64,000 nucleotides of DNA from Myxococcales bacterium (lineage in GTDB: Bacteria > Myxococcota_A > Polyangia > Polyangiales > DASUME01): assembly GCA_047601445.1 (NCBI GenBank), contig JASGJH010000001.1, forward strand, positions 3,424,001-3,488,000, written 5' to 3'. Of this stretch, positions 37,083-46,489 are shown one piece after another. The position numbers were made by a program, and so were the translations under genes. Position 1 is the first letter of the stretch. Each line of letters starts with the position of its first letter. Below the pieces are notes generated by a model, which made no database searches, was not told where the DNA came from, and saw only the letters and a list, made by a program, of their open reading frames with translations.

Positions 37083-38213
37083 ATGCTTGGTGGAAGATTG
37101 GGTCAACGCTGGACCCCCCTCAGTCAATCTGCATTGGGTTTGCTCGGACTGGCGCTGGTCAGTGCGGTCGCTGCGTGCGGCGATAGTCCCGACTCCGATG
37201 GCGACACGATGGGCGAAGAGCAGCCCTTCGATCGCAAGTGGGACACGATGCAGTTCCCCGACGCGTTCTGCCGCGATGGGTCCAATGCGAGCATCCTCAT
37301 CAGCAAGAATCCGAACTCGAAGAACCTGATGATCTTCCTCGAGGGCGGCGGTGCTTGCTACGACGACCTGACCTGCCTGGCGAACCCGCCCTCCACCCTC
37401 GTTCTGCCCATGACCGACGGTATCTGGGACGAAACGAAGAAGAACAATCCAGTCAAGGGCTGGAACATGGTCTACGTGCCCTACTGCACCGGCGACTCGC
37501 ACTCGGGCACCAACCCGGCCGGCGTGGTGCCCAAGGTGGCCGGCACCCAGAAGTTCGTGGGCTACACGAACATGGGCATCTTCCTCAAGGCCATCGTGCC
37601 GATGTTCCCGGACATCGAGAAGGTGCTGCTCACGGGCATCAGCGCAGGCGGCTTCGGCGCGTCGGCCAACACGGTGCAGGTGATGAACGCCTTCCCGAGC
37701 AACGTGAAGGGCGTGCTGCTGGACGACTCCGGCCCCGCCATGTCGAGCAAGTACCTGGCGCCCTGTCTGCAGGAGCGCTGGCGCAACCTGTGGGGCCTCG
37801 ACAACTCGATGCTCAAGGACTGCGGCACGGACTGTCCGAACCAGAACGACTTCGTGCTCGACTTCAGCAAGCACCTGGCCAAGACCTATGGCGACCGCAA
37901 GTCGGGCATCATCGAGGCGAGCGAAGACGGAGTGATCACGCGCTTCTTCGGCGTCGGTCAGAACGAGTGCACGGGATCCTTCGTCGGCGCCGGCATCCCC
38001 GGCCCGACCTTCACCGAAGGCCTGCTCGACTTCCGCGCGCAGCTCGCGCCGTACCCCAACTTCTACACCTATTTCCCGTCGGGCGACAAAGCCCAGCAGC
38101 ACACCTGGCTGACCAGCAACTCGCTCTACGAGTACAAGGTCGGCGATGTGGCGATGATCGACTGGGTCACGGCCATCATCAATGGCGAAGCCACGGTCAA
38201 CGCGGGCCCCTGA
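37083..38213 (+). CDS. Pectinacetylesterase/Notum-family hydrolase, lipoprotein
   Basis: Lipobox VAAC; IFLEGGGAC, VYVPYCTGDSH, LLTGISAGG (GxSxG), QHTWL. Confidence 0.88.
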   Translation: MLGGRLGQRWTPLSQSALGLLGLALVSAVAACGDSPDSDGDTMGEEQPFDRKWDTMQFPDAFCRDGSNASILISKNPNSKNLMIFLEGGGACYDDLTCLANPPSTLVLPMTDGIWDETKKNNPVKGWNMVYVPYCTGDSHSGTNPAGVVPKVAGTQKFVGYTNMGIFLKAIVPMFPDIEKVLLTGISAGGFGASANTVQVMNAFPSNVKGVLLDDSGPAMSSKYLAPCLQERWRNLWGLDNSMLKDCGTDCPNQNDFVLDFSKHLAKTYGDRKSGIIEASEDGVITRFFGVGQNECTGSFVGAGIPGPTFTEGLLDFRAQLAPYPNFYTYFPSGDKAQQHTWLTSNSLYEYKVGDVAMIDWVTAIINGEATVNAGP

Positions 38214-38230
38214 AGAGATAGAGCAGCACC

Positions 38231-39817
38231 ATGACCTTGATTCGTGCGCGTGACGCGCGGCAGCGCGGCCGGGCACTCGCGCTGTCGTTGTTCGGACTCC
38301 TCGGTCTGCAAGCCAGCGCGGCCCACGCTGCGGGCTTCGAGCTCAACCCGCCCGGCACGCGCGCCCTCGGCCGTGCCGGCACCGGCGTGGCCGGTGCGGA
38401 CGACGCGCTCGGAGTGTTCCTGAACCCCGCCACCATCCTGGCCAACCAGTCGCGCTTGGAGGCGGCGCTGTCGCTGCAGGCAAACCTGAGCGACACGTGC
38501 ATGACGCGCGTGACGGTCAACGCCACCATCGGTGCCGACGGCCAGGTCGACGGGCCTCAGACGGCAGGGCCGCGTTTGCCCAAGGCCTGCGATGACGGTG
38601 GGTTCGCGCTGATCCCAGAGCTCGCCAACACGTTGCGCCTCGGTGATCGCTTCGCCGTGAGCCTCGGCCTGTTCGCGCCCACCGCACCGAGCATGCAGAG
38701 CAAGTTCGGCAACCCCAAGACGGGTACCCTCGACGGCAAGTCGGGCGAGGACCGCCCCGATCAGCGTACGGGCACGCGCTACCTGATGATGGAGCAAAAG
38801 GCCTTCCAGGTCTTTCCGACGCTGGGTGCTGCCTACGAGCCATTCAAGCAGCTGCGCCTGGGTGCCTCCTTCGGCTGGGGTGTCACCAAGGTCGACTTCA
38901 CGAACGCCGTCTTCTCGCACGCCTTCGTGAACACCACGGCCTATAGCGACATCTCCAATCGCCTCACGGGCACCGACGCCTTCGTGCCTCGCGTGCAAGT
39001 GGGCGCCTGGACCCAGCCGAGCCTGGAGCTGCCGCTCGAGTTCGGTGCCAACTTCACCTGGACCCAGGATGTGCAGCTGCACAACGCCCATATGCGGTTG
39101 CGCGGGCTCAACACGGACATCGTGCCGCCCGAGTTCGCGGCGCTCTCGGACAAGCCCAAGGTCGCGGGCGACTTCGACCACATCGACATGAAGGTGCCGT
39201 CCGTCTCGCAGCTCTCGCTGGGCGCCCGCTACGCCAAGCGCCTGGACACTCCCGTGGACGCTGTGGGCGACCGACTCTCGCGCGAGCGCTTCGACCTGGA
39301 GTTCAACCTCCAGACCACGTTCGGCAAGAACATGGACAGCGTGACCGTGGATGCACCCGCTGGCTATCTGGTCAGGGTGGCGTCTCCGCCGCCCGGCGTC
39401 CTCGCGCCCTTCTCGGTGCCGATCCCCGAGCACGTCGCCATCCCGCACCGCTGGAAGACCCAGTACAGCCTGCGGCTTGGCGGCGACTACAACCCGATCC
39501 CTGGCTTGCTCGGCCTGCGCGCGGGCGTCAGCTACGAGACCAACGGGGTCACCCAGGGGTACCAGAACATCGACTTCACCCCATTTGAGAACGTGGGCAT
39601 CCACCTGGGTGCCACGCTGCGCTTGGCCAAGAAGTTCGATATTTCGCTGGCCTTCGCCCATTTCATGTTCCCTGACGTCAAGGTCGCCGCGGCTGAGGCA
39701 CGGGTGCGCCGGGTCACCAGCGGCCTCAACTCGGTCCAGGACGCGGCCATCGTCAACGCCGGCACGTACACGCGGAGCACCACCAGCTTCGCGCTCCAGC
39801 TCGGCGCGCACTTCTAG
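38231..39817 (+). CDS. FadL/TodX/OmpP1-family outer-membrane transporter
   Basis: Mature N-terminus AGFELNPPGTRALGRAGTGVAGADDA...NPA; C-terminal LGAHF. Confidence 0.85.
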   Translation: MTLIRARDARQRGRALALSLFGLLGLQASAAHAAGFELNPPGTRALGRAGTGVAGADDALGVFLNPATILANQSRLEAALSLQANLSDTCMTRVTVNATIGADGQVDGPQTAGPRLPKACDDGGFALIPELANTLRLGDRFAVSLGLFAPTAPSMQSKFGNPKTGTLDGKSGEDRPDQRTGTRYLMMEQKAFQVFPTLGAAYEPFKQLRLGASFGWGVTKVDFTNAVFSHAFVNTTAYSDISNRLTGTDAFVPRVQVGAWTQPSLELPLEFGANFTWTQDVQLHNAHMRLRGLNTDIVPPEFAALSDKPKVAGDFDHIDMKVPSVSQLSLGARYAKRLDTPVDAVGDRLSRERFDLEFNLQTTFGKNMDSVTVDAPAGYLVRVASPPPGVLAPFSVPIPEHVAIPHRWKTQYSLRLGGDYNPIPGLLGLRAGVSYETNGVTQGYQNIDFTPFENVGIHLGATLRLAKKFDISLAFAHFMFPDVKVAAAEARVRRVTSGLNSVQDAAIVNAGTYTRSTTSFALQLGAHF

Positions 39818-39871
39818 ACCACCCGCGGGTCACCTGCCGGTGGACCGTCCTCGGTGTTACGCTTGCTCTGA

Positions 39872-41992
39872 GTGAGCGTGGAGCCCGAACGAAGGTCCCT
39901 GCGTGCGCCTTCCGCCTTGGCGAGGGCTTGGCAGGCGCTCACCGTGGCCTCCCCACTCATCGAAGACCTGGCCACGCGCCGCAAGTCCCAGCTGCTCTCG
40001 GCCGGTCTGCTGATCATGACCAGCGTGTTCATGGTCGTGGACACGACCTACCTGCTCACCAGCCCGAACTACACGCCGCCTTACTACGGCTACGTGTTCT
40101 TGCTGGGAAGCTACGCCCTGAACTTGATGGGGCGCTACCGCGCTGCCGTCACCACCGTGTTCGCGATGTTGACCATCGTCCCCGTCGCGCACGTGTCGGG
40201 CCTGGGGGCCGCCTACCCTCAGATGTCGTTGAGCTACCTCGCGCTCGGTCCATGCCTGGGCGCGACGTTGCTCTCGGTGCGCGGGGTGGCCTTGCTGTGC
40301 GGCATCAACCTGGCGGCCCTCTGGCTGACTCCCCACCTCGGGCAAGGCACCATCACGACTGCCCTCCTGGTGGGCCCCATGTCGCTCACGGCGGTGGCAG
40401 GTCTGCTCGCGCTGCTCAGCATGTTGCATCGCGGGCACCTCGAGCGCGATCGCCTGCACGAGCTCGCCGAGAGCGAGCAGCGCCTGCGTATGGCCCTCGA
40501 AGCCGCGCGCATGGGCATCTTCGACGTCGACGCGCGCTCCGGCAAGGCGATCACCACGCCGGGTGTGGCGCGCATGTTGGGGCTCGGTCCAGGCGCCGCG
40601 ATGGACCACTATCAGCGCTATCGAAAATCGATTCACCCGGAGGACTTGGCTGGACTCGAAGCAGCCCTCGAACAGCCCACGGGCCCCGAGGGTCAAGTGC
40701 TCTCGCTGTCCCATCGCGTGATCTGGCCCGATGGCTCGGTGCACTGGCTCGATGCCAGTGGACGCGCGATCTTCGACGCGCAAGGCCGCGTGGTGCGGCG
40801 CATGGGGACCCTGGTGGACGTCACCGACAAGAAGCTGCTGGAGGAGCAGCTGCGTCAGGTGCAGAAGCTGGAGGCGGTGGGCAGGCTGGCAGGCGGCGTG
40901 GCCCACGACTTCAACAACCTGCTAACGGTGATCCTGGGCAACATCGAGCTGCTCAAGCTGCACAAGCACACCAACGCGCTGCACGACATCGAGCAGGCCG
41001 CGCTATCGGCCGCCACCCTGACCCAGCAGCTGTTGGCGTTCAGCCGGCGCGCGATGATCAACCCGCAGGTCGTGATGCTGGACGAGGCCTTGAAGAAGAC
41101 CACCAAGATGCTCGAGCGCATCATCGGCGAGGACGTGCGCACCCAGCTCGTGCTGTGCGAGAGCCCGTGGAGCACGCGGGTGGACGAGGGCCAGATCCAG
41201 CAAATCGTGCTGAACCTGGCGACCAACGCGCGCGACGCCATGCCCCAGGGCGGCCTGCTGACCATCTCCACCGAGAACGCCTCGCTCTCCGCCGAGGAGG
41301 CGCGACGCTTCGATGGCGCGCGTGCCGGCGACTACGTGTTGTTGAGCGTGAAGGACACCGGCGCGGGCATGTCTGCGGAGACCATCACGCGCGTGTTCGA
41401 ACCGTTCTTCACCACCAAGCCCGCGGGCAAGGGCACGGGACTCGGTCTCGCCATGGTGTTCGGGCTCGTCGCGCAGAGCGAGGGCTTCATCGCGGTGGAC
41501 TCGGTGGTGGGCATGGGCACGACCTTCAAGTTGTTCTTCCCGCGGGCACCGGTGCGCGAGAGCCGCCCGCCCAAGCACCTCGAACGAGCGCCTGACACGG
41601 GCTCGGAGACCTTGCTCCTGGTCGAAGACGAAGCGGGCGTGCGCGACGTGACCAAGAGCCTGCTCGAGCTCGCGGGTTACAGCGTGCTCGCGGCGCAGTC
41701 CCCGGATGCAGCCAAGCGTGTATGGAGCGAATACAAGCATCGCATCGCGCTGGTGATCACCGACGTGGTGATGCCCGAAGGGTCCGGCCACGAGCTGGCC
41801 GCCGCACTGCGTGCGCAGCGACCGGACCTGCCCGTGCTGTTCATCACCGGGTACGACCCTACCTCCGGTGACGAGGACGCCGACGGCCCCACCTTGCCCA
41901 AGCCTTTCACGCGCGAAGAGCTCCTCGCGCAGGTGCGGCGAATGCTCGATCAACACGCGATAAAGCGCTCCGCAGCGGGCGCGCGCAGCTGA
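39872..41992 (+). CDS. PAS-domain hybrid sensor histidine kinase/response regulator
   Basis: TM region; PAS (IHPED...PDGSVHWL); GVAHDFNNLL; NARDAMP; GTGLGL; receiver LLVEDE...TDVVMP. Confidence 0.95.
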   Translation: MSVEPERRSLRAPSALARAWQALTVASPLIEDLATRRKSQLLSAGLLIMTSVFMVVDTTYLLTSPNYTPPYYGYVFLLGSYALNLMGRYRAAVTTVFAMLTIVPVAHVSGLGAAYPQMSLSYLALGPCLGATLLSVRGVALLCGINLAALWLTPHLGQGTITTALLVGPMSLTAVAGLLALLSMLHRGHLERDRLHELAESEQRLRMALEAARMGIFDVDARSGKAITTPGVARMLGLGPGAAMDHYQRYRKSIHPEDLAGLEAALEQPTGPEGQVLSLSHRVIWPDGSVHWLDASGRAIFDAQGRVVRRMGTLVDVTDKKLLEEQLRQVQKLEAVGRLAGGVAHDFNNLLTVILGNIELLKLHKHTNALHDIEQAALSAATLTQQLLAFSRRAMINPQVVMLDEALKKTTKMLERIIGEDVRTQLVLCESPWSTRVDEGQIQQIVLNLATNARDAMPQGGLLTISTENASLSAEEARRFDGARAGDYVLLSVKDTGAGMSAETITRVFEPFFTTKPAGKGTGLGLAMVFGLVAQSEGFIAVDSVVGMGTTFKLFFPRAPVRESRPPKHLERAPDTGSETLLLVEDEAGVRDVTKSLLELAGYSVLAAQSPDAAKRVWSEYKHRIALVITDVVMPEGSGHELAAALRAQRPDLPVLFITGYDPTSGDEDADGPTLPKPFTREELLAQVRRMLDQHAIKRSAAGARS

Positions 41993-42289
41993 CCCGCACG
42001 TGTAGGACAAGACACGACTCGCCCCTTTGTTGACGTGCGTGACGGTCCGTGGGCGTGGCGTCGCTGCCCTCCTCAGCATCCCGCGTAGCCTCTCCGACTG
42101 GCACGGCTTAGCGGCGCACGAGACGCCGTGACCGAGCTGCGGTGAAAGCCCCGCAGAGGGCCATTTTCCAGCGTGACACGCGCGTTCGATTGCTAGACCG
42201 AAACCACCTCGCAGCGACCTGCGCGTCGCACCGAGCGAGCTGATTTCTCAGTGCAAACCAAACACCTACATCGGTATCAGGAGTGTGGA

Positions 42290-43681
42290 ATGAAGCGTGA
42301 CACCCGTCTCTTTACGGCCCTCAGCTTTCTTCTCTTGGGCGCGTGCGGCAGCGACGTCGGCAACACCAATACGGCAGATCAGGCGAGCGCGAGCGCTCCC
42401 GGAGCCACGTCCACGGACGTAGCCAGCGCCGAAGCCGAAGAGGTCGAAGCCCCCGCTGCACAGGCGAACGTGGAAGCTCCGGTGCCGGCGGCCGCTGCAG
42501 GTGCAGCGCCGAGTGACGCGGCTCCGCAGGCGAACACCTCTGCCCTTCACAACGGTGACACTTGGTCGGGCATGCGCATGGGGACCAACTTCTGGTTCCT
42601 CAACGATTGGGCCGAGCAGGCCTGGGCGCCGAACGTGAACTTCGCGACCACCGACAATCCGTGGAACCCCGCGTTCATCAAGGATCTCGAAGAGGCGAAC
42701 TACGCCGTGTACCGCTTCATGGACTTCGGCGGCACCAACAACTCGAAGATCAAGGATTGGTCGCAGCGAACGCAGCAGAACAGCCCCGACAACAAGCTCG
42801 GCGGCGACGTGGGCGGCAAGGGCATCGCCTACGAGTGGATGTTCGATCTCTGCAATCGCATGCAGAAGGACTGCTGGATCACGGTGCCTCACATGGCCAT
42901 CGAGAGCTACGAGAAGAACCCGGCGGACAACTACTTCACGCAGTTGGCCAAGCTCGCCCACGAGCAGCTCGACCCGGGCCTCGATCTCTACATCGAGTAC
43001 TCGAACGAGACCTGGAACTACGGCTTCGAACAGGCCATGTACTGCAAGACACGCGGTGAAGCGATGAAGCTCGACGCGGACCCCTACTCGAACCAGTGGA
43101 AGTTTCACGTGTATGCTTCGTCGCGCCTCAACGACGCCTTCGTGAAGGAGTACGGCGACGAGGTCGGCCGCGTGCACTGGGTGCTGCCCGGTCAGCTTAG
43201 CCAGGCGTTCGGAACTCAGAAGTCGGTCGAGGCCCTCAAGGATCCCAAGATCAACCTCGGCGGTCGCATGCCCAAGTACTACGCCATCTCCAACTACGTC
43301 GGCTCGGATGGCAAGATCGACGGCTCGTCCCCGACCGCAGAAGCCGACTTCCGCGCGGGCTTGCAGCAGACCCTCAAGTGGGCCGACGAGGCGCTCGCGC
43401 AAATCCAGGGCACCGGCATGAAGCTCGTGGCCTACGAGGGTGGTCAGCACTTGCTCAAGAACGCCGACGTGCTCTCGCGCAACCCCGCCATCTATCAGCT
43501 CTACATGGAGTGGGCGGATGCGGTCAGCAAGAAGTACGCCCTCACCGTGCACTACTGCAACAGCGGCACCTACGCGGCGGACGGCGCCTGGGGTTCCAAG
43601 GAGAAGACCGGCGCTCCGATCGAGAGTTCTCCCAAGGCGCGCGCCCTGCGCGACTGGATCAAGGCCCACCCCACCGAGTGA
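42290..43681 (+). CDS. Lipoprotein with putative glycoside-hydrolase (clan GH-A-like) domain
   Basis: Lipobox LLGAC, Ala/Pro linker, YRFMDF, WITVPH, YIEYSNETWN, AYEGGQH. Confidence 0.7.
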   Translation: MKRDTRLFTALSFLLLGACGSDVGNTNTADQASASAPGATSTDVASAEAEEVEAPAAQANVEAPVPAAAAGAAPSDAAPQANTSALHNGDTWSGMRMGTNFWFLNDWAEQAWAPNVNFATTDNPWNPAFIKDLEEANYAVYRFMDFGGTNNSKIKDWSQRTQQNSPDNKLGGDVGGKGIAYEWMFDLCNRMQKDCWITVPHMAIESYEKNPADNYFTQLAKLAHEQLDPGLDLYIEYSNETWNYGFEQAMYCKTRGEAMKLDADPYSNQWKFHVYASSRLNDAFVKEYGDEVGRVHWVLPGQLSQAFGTQKSVEALKDPKINLGGRMPKYYAISNYVGSDGKIDGSSPTAEADFRAGLQQTLKWADEALAQIQGTGMKLVAYEGGQHLLKNADVLSRNPAIYQLYMEWADAVSKKYALTVHYCNSGTYAADGAWGSKEKTGAPIESSPKARALRDWIKAHPTE

Positions 43682-43704
43682 TCACCTAGTCCACGACGAA
43701 GCGT

Positions 43705-43731
43705 GAGCCTCGACCCATCGGGTCGGGGCTC
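43705..43731 (+). terminator. Hairpin, possible terminator of the GH-like gene
   Basis: GAGCCTCGACCC-ATC-GGGTCGGGGCTC (one G-U pair) about 24 nt after the stop; weak U-tract. Confidence 0.45.
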
Positions 43732-43789
43732 TGCGCGTTTAAAGGCCAAGGGCACTCAAGACCTGTGGTGTGAGACGCCGGTTGCATTA

Positions 43790-44010
43790 CTTGGCCGTGG
43801 GCCTGGGCGTGGACGTAGTCCCGCCCGGGGGCGTGGCCGCGCTCGTGAGCGGGATCGATGCCGTGGCTTGGTCGACGCCCGCCGACGAGCGCACAACGGT
43901 CATCGCTCGCTGATCGGCGGGCGGCGTCGGGCACCTTCACGGTATCGTTCCAGTTCACGAGCGCGGCCACGATCACGGGAAGGCCAACGGCCAGGGCCAC
44001 GCTCAACGGA
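43790..44010. repeat. Hexamer-periodic palindromic intergenic element, copy 1
   Basis: Perfect 17-bp IR CGTGGCCGCGCTCGTGA (43832-43848) / TCACGAGCGCGGCCACG (43955-43971), extending imperfectly; its reverse strand matches about 61943-62017. Confidence 0.8.
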
Positions 44011-44022
44011 TCCCAAGCGCCG

Positions 44023-44787
44023 TCACCTGCGGCGCGCGCGAGTCAGACGGAAGGTGCGAGCCCAGGCGCGTGGCTCGGGCAAGGCCCGCAGGCGCTCGGC
44101 GAAGCGAGCGAAGCGTTCGGCGTTCATGGCGGGCCCGATGAAGGAGATGGAGCGCAGGATCTGCTCCAGGGTCTCCTGGTCGACCGGCGTCTCGTCCGAG
44201 AAGCTCAGCGCACTCCCCTCCTCCTCGGCCCTGACCATCTTGAGGAACTGCAGGGTGGCTCCCGCGATGTCGCGCGGACGCCGCGGGGCGCTCTCCTCCA
44301 TCAGATGCACCACGCTGCGCATGAAGGGAGTGTCTCCGAGTCCGCACGTGAGCAGCGCGAGTCCACCGCCCCGGGTCAACACCCGCGCGACCTCCGCCCC
44401 GGCCAGCTCGGCATCCAGGAAATGCAGCGCGTCGGCCACCACCACCAGGTCGAAGCTGGCCTCGGCGAGGGGCAAGGCTTCGGCGGTGGCGTGGAGCGCG
44501 CGGATCTGCAGGGCGCGCGCGGCGGCAGACTTTTGCAGGACCTCGAGCATGGCCTGCGCGGGCTCCACGGCGACCACCTCCAGTCCGCGTTCGGCCAGCG
44601 GCACCGCCAGGTGACCGATGCCGGCACCCAGGTCGAGCACCCTGCGCGCGCCCGTGGGCAAGAGCGCGACCACCGCATCGATGAGCGAGCGCGGATAGGC
44701 GGGGCGCGCTGGGTAGGCCTCGGCCATGCGGTTGAAGACCCAGGCTGCCTGGTCCTCGAGGCGAATCTTGCGGCGACCCAAGCCCAT
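44023..44787 (-). CDS. Class I SAM-dependent methyltransferase
   Basis: RPAYP, VLDLGAGIG, VVAVEP, AEALPLAEASFDLVV. Confidence 0.9.
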   Translation of the reverse strand: MGLGRRKIRLEDQAAWVFNRMAEAYPARPAYPRSLIDAVVALLPTGARRVLDLGAGIGHLAVPLAERGLEVVAVEPAQAMLEVLQKSAAARALQIRALHATAEALPLAEASFDLVVVADALHFLDAELAGAEVARVLTRGGGLALLTCGLGDTPFMRSVVHLMEESAPRRPRDIAGATLQFLKMVRAEEEGSALSFSDETPVDQETLEQILRSISFIGPAMNAERFARFAERLRALPEPRAWARTFRLTRARRR

Positions 44788-44804
44788 GGAACGTGCTCTT
44801 CCTA

Positions 44805-44962
44805 GTGCACCGTGCCCGAGATAGCGTCAAGGGATCGCGGTCGAGGCGGCTGCAACCGCAGGCGGCGCGACGAGGAATACAGGCAGTATTTTGAGAAGCG
44901 CCAACGCCGCGGATGCGCCCGCATCGGCCGCGAGGATTGACGCTATCTCGGGCACGGTGCAC
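44805..44962. mobile_element. MITE-like element with 26-bp perfect terminal inverted repeats
   Basis: GTGCACCGTGCCCGAGATAGCGTCAA (44805-44830) / TTGACGCTATCTCGGGCACGGTGCAC (44937-44962); imperfect pairing continues inward; central AATAC-AGGCA-GTATT; no transposase. Confidence 0.6.
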
Positions 44963-45035
44963 ACGCGTACCCCTGCGCGTCGCTCAAACCTGGTGCGCCG
45001 AGCCGCCGCCAGTGCACAATGCAGAGCATCCGTCC

Positions 45036-46287
45036 ATGCCCGAACGTCTGATCAGCGCGCTTGGCGCTTGCTTGCTGTTGCTCCTGGCCTGGCTGTGCTG
45101 TCCGCGCGCTTTGCGGCGGCGGGCGTCGCTGCGCACCGTGGGCACCGGCATGGCGATGCTGATCGTGCTGGCGGGGCTCTTGCTCAGGACACCTCTCCGA
45201 AACGTGTTCAGCTGGGCCAACCTGGCGGTCGACCGCATGCTCGGCTTCAGCCATCAGGGCGCGGCCTTCGTGTTCGGCCCCCTGGTGGACGACAAGGAGC
45301 GCTTTGGTTTCATCTTCGCGTTCCAGATCCTCCCCACCATCGTGTTCTTCGCGGCCGTGATGTCCGTGCTGTATTACCTCGGGATCATGCCGCGCATCGT
45401 GCGTTGGTTGGGCAAGGCCCTCTCCAGCACCCTGGGCACGAGCGGCGCAGAGAGCTTCTCCACCGTGGCCGACATCTTCGTGGGACAGACGGAGGCCCCG
45501 CTGGTGATCAGGCCGTATTTGCCCAGGCTCACGCTGTCGGAGCTAATGGCGTGCATGACCGCGGGCTTCGCCACCACCGCGGGCGGCGTGCTGGCGGCCT
45601 ACGTGTTGATGCTGCGCGAGCTGATCCCCGACATCGCCGGCCACTTGATCGCCTGCAGCGTGATGTGCGCTCCGGCGTCGCTGGTGATCGCCAAGTTGAT
45701 GCTGCCCGAGACCGAACCGCAGGCGGCTCAGGAGGCCGAAGCGCCGGAGAACCCGAGTGAGGCCACGGGCCTGCTCGACGCAGTGACCATGGGCACGCTG
45801 GATGGCTTGCAGCTCGCCATCAATGTGGGCGCCATGGTGGTGGCCTTCCTGGCCTTGACCGCCATGGTGGACGCGCTGTTGGTTTGGCTCACGGGGGCCT
45901 TCCTACCGTCTCCCATCAACTTGCAGAACTTGCTCGGTTGGTTGTTCACCCCTCTCGCCTGGCTGATGGGCGTGCCCAGCGCGGAAGTGCCCAAGGTGGC
46001 GAGCCTCTTGGGGCAGAAGACCGTGCTCAACGAGTGGGTCGCCTACGCCACGATGCGCGAGCAGTTGATGGTCGAATCCGGCCTGGCTGAGCGAACGCAG
46101 TCGCATCATCGCCTCCTACGCGCTGTGCGGCTTCGCCAACTTCGGCAGCATCGGCATTCAGATCGGCGGCTATGCGAGTCTCGCCCCGGAGCGTCGGCCA
46201 GATCTGGCCAAGCTCGGTCCGCGCGCGATGTTCGGCGGACTCCTCACGACCTGCCTTGTGGCCTGCGTGGCAGGCGTCTGGCTCTGA
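45036..46287 (+). pseudogene. nupC: NupC/CNT-family nucleoside transporter, +1 frameshift near 46075 (possibly a sequencing indel)
   Basis: FQILPTIVFF, GTSGAES, IFVGQTEAPL; second frame supplies WLSERSRIIASYALCGFANFGSIGIQIGG...AGVWL-stop 46287. Confidence 0.88.
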
Positions 46288-46489
46288 GCGTCCTCTGAGC
46301 CCCGAGTTCGCAGACGTGCGAGGCTCGAGCGACTGCGCATCCCGTAGGCCTTGCTCGAGATGTTTGCTCCTCACAACATGAAATCACGGAGGAAGCGCTA
46401 CCGAGGCAGGTGTTCGTGCGAGCGGCCGGGCATCTTCGTGCGCCAGAGTTGGCTCTGTCGCGCGCCCCTGGGCGGTAGCGCGCAACACC

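Noticed and set aside
42099..42113. Sigma-54 promoter TGGCACGGCTTAGC
   Set aside because: GG-to-GC spacing is one base short of the strict -24/-12 geometry.
46288..46489. Possible second MITE-like remnant after nupC
   Set aside because: Only short, weak inverted matches; ends cannot be defined by eye.
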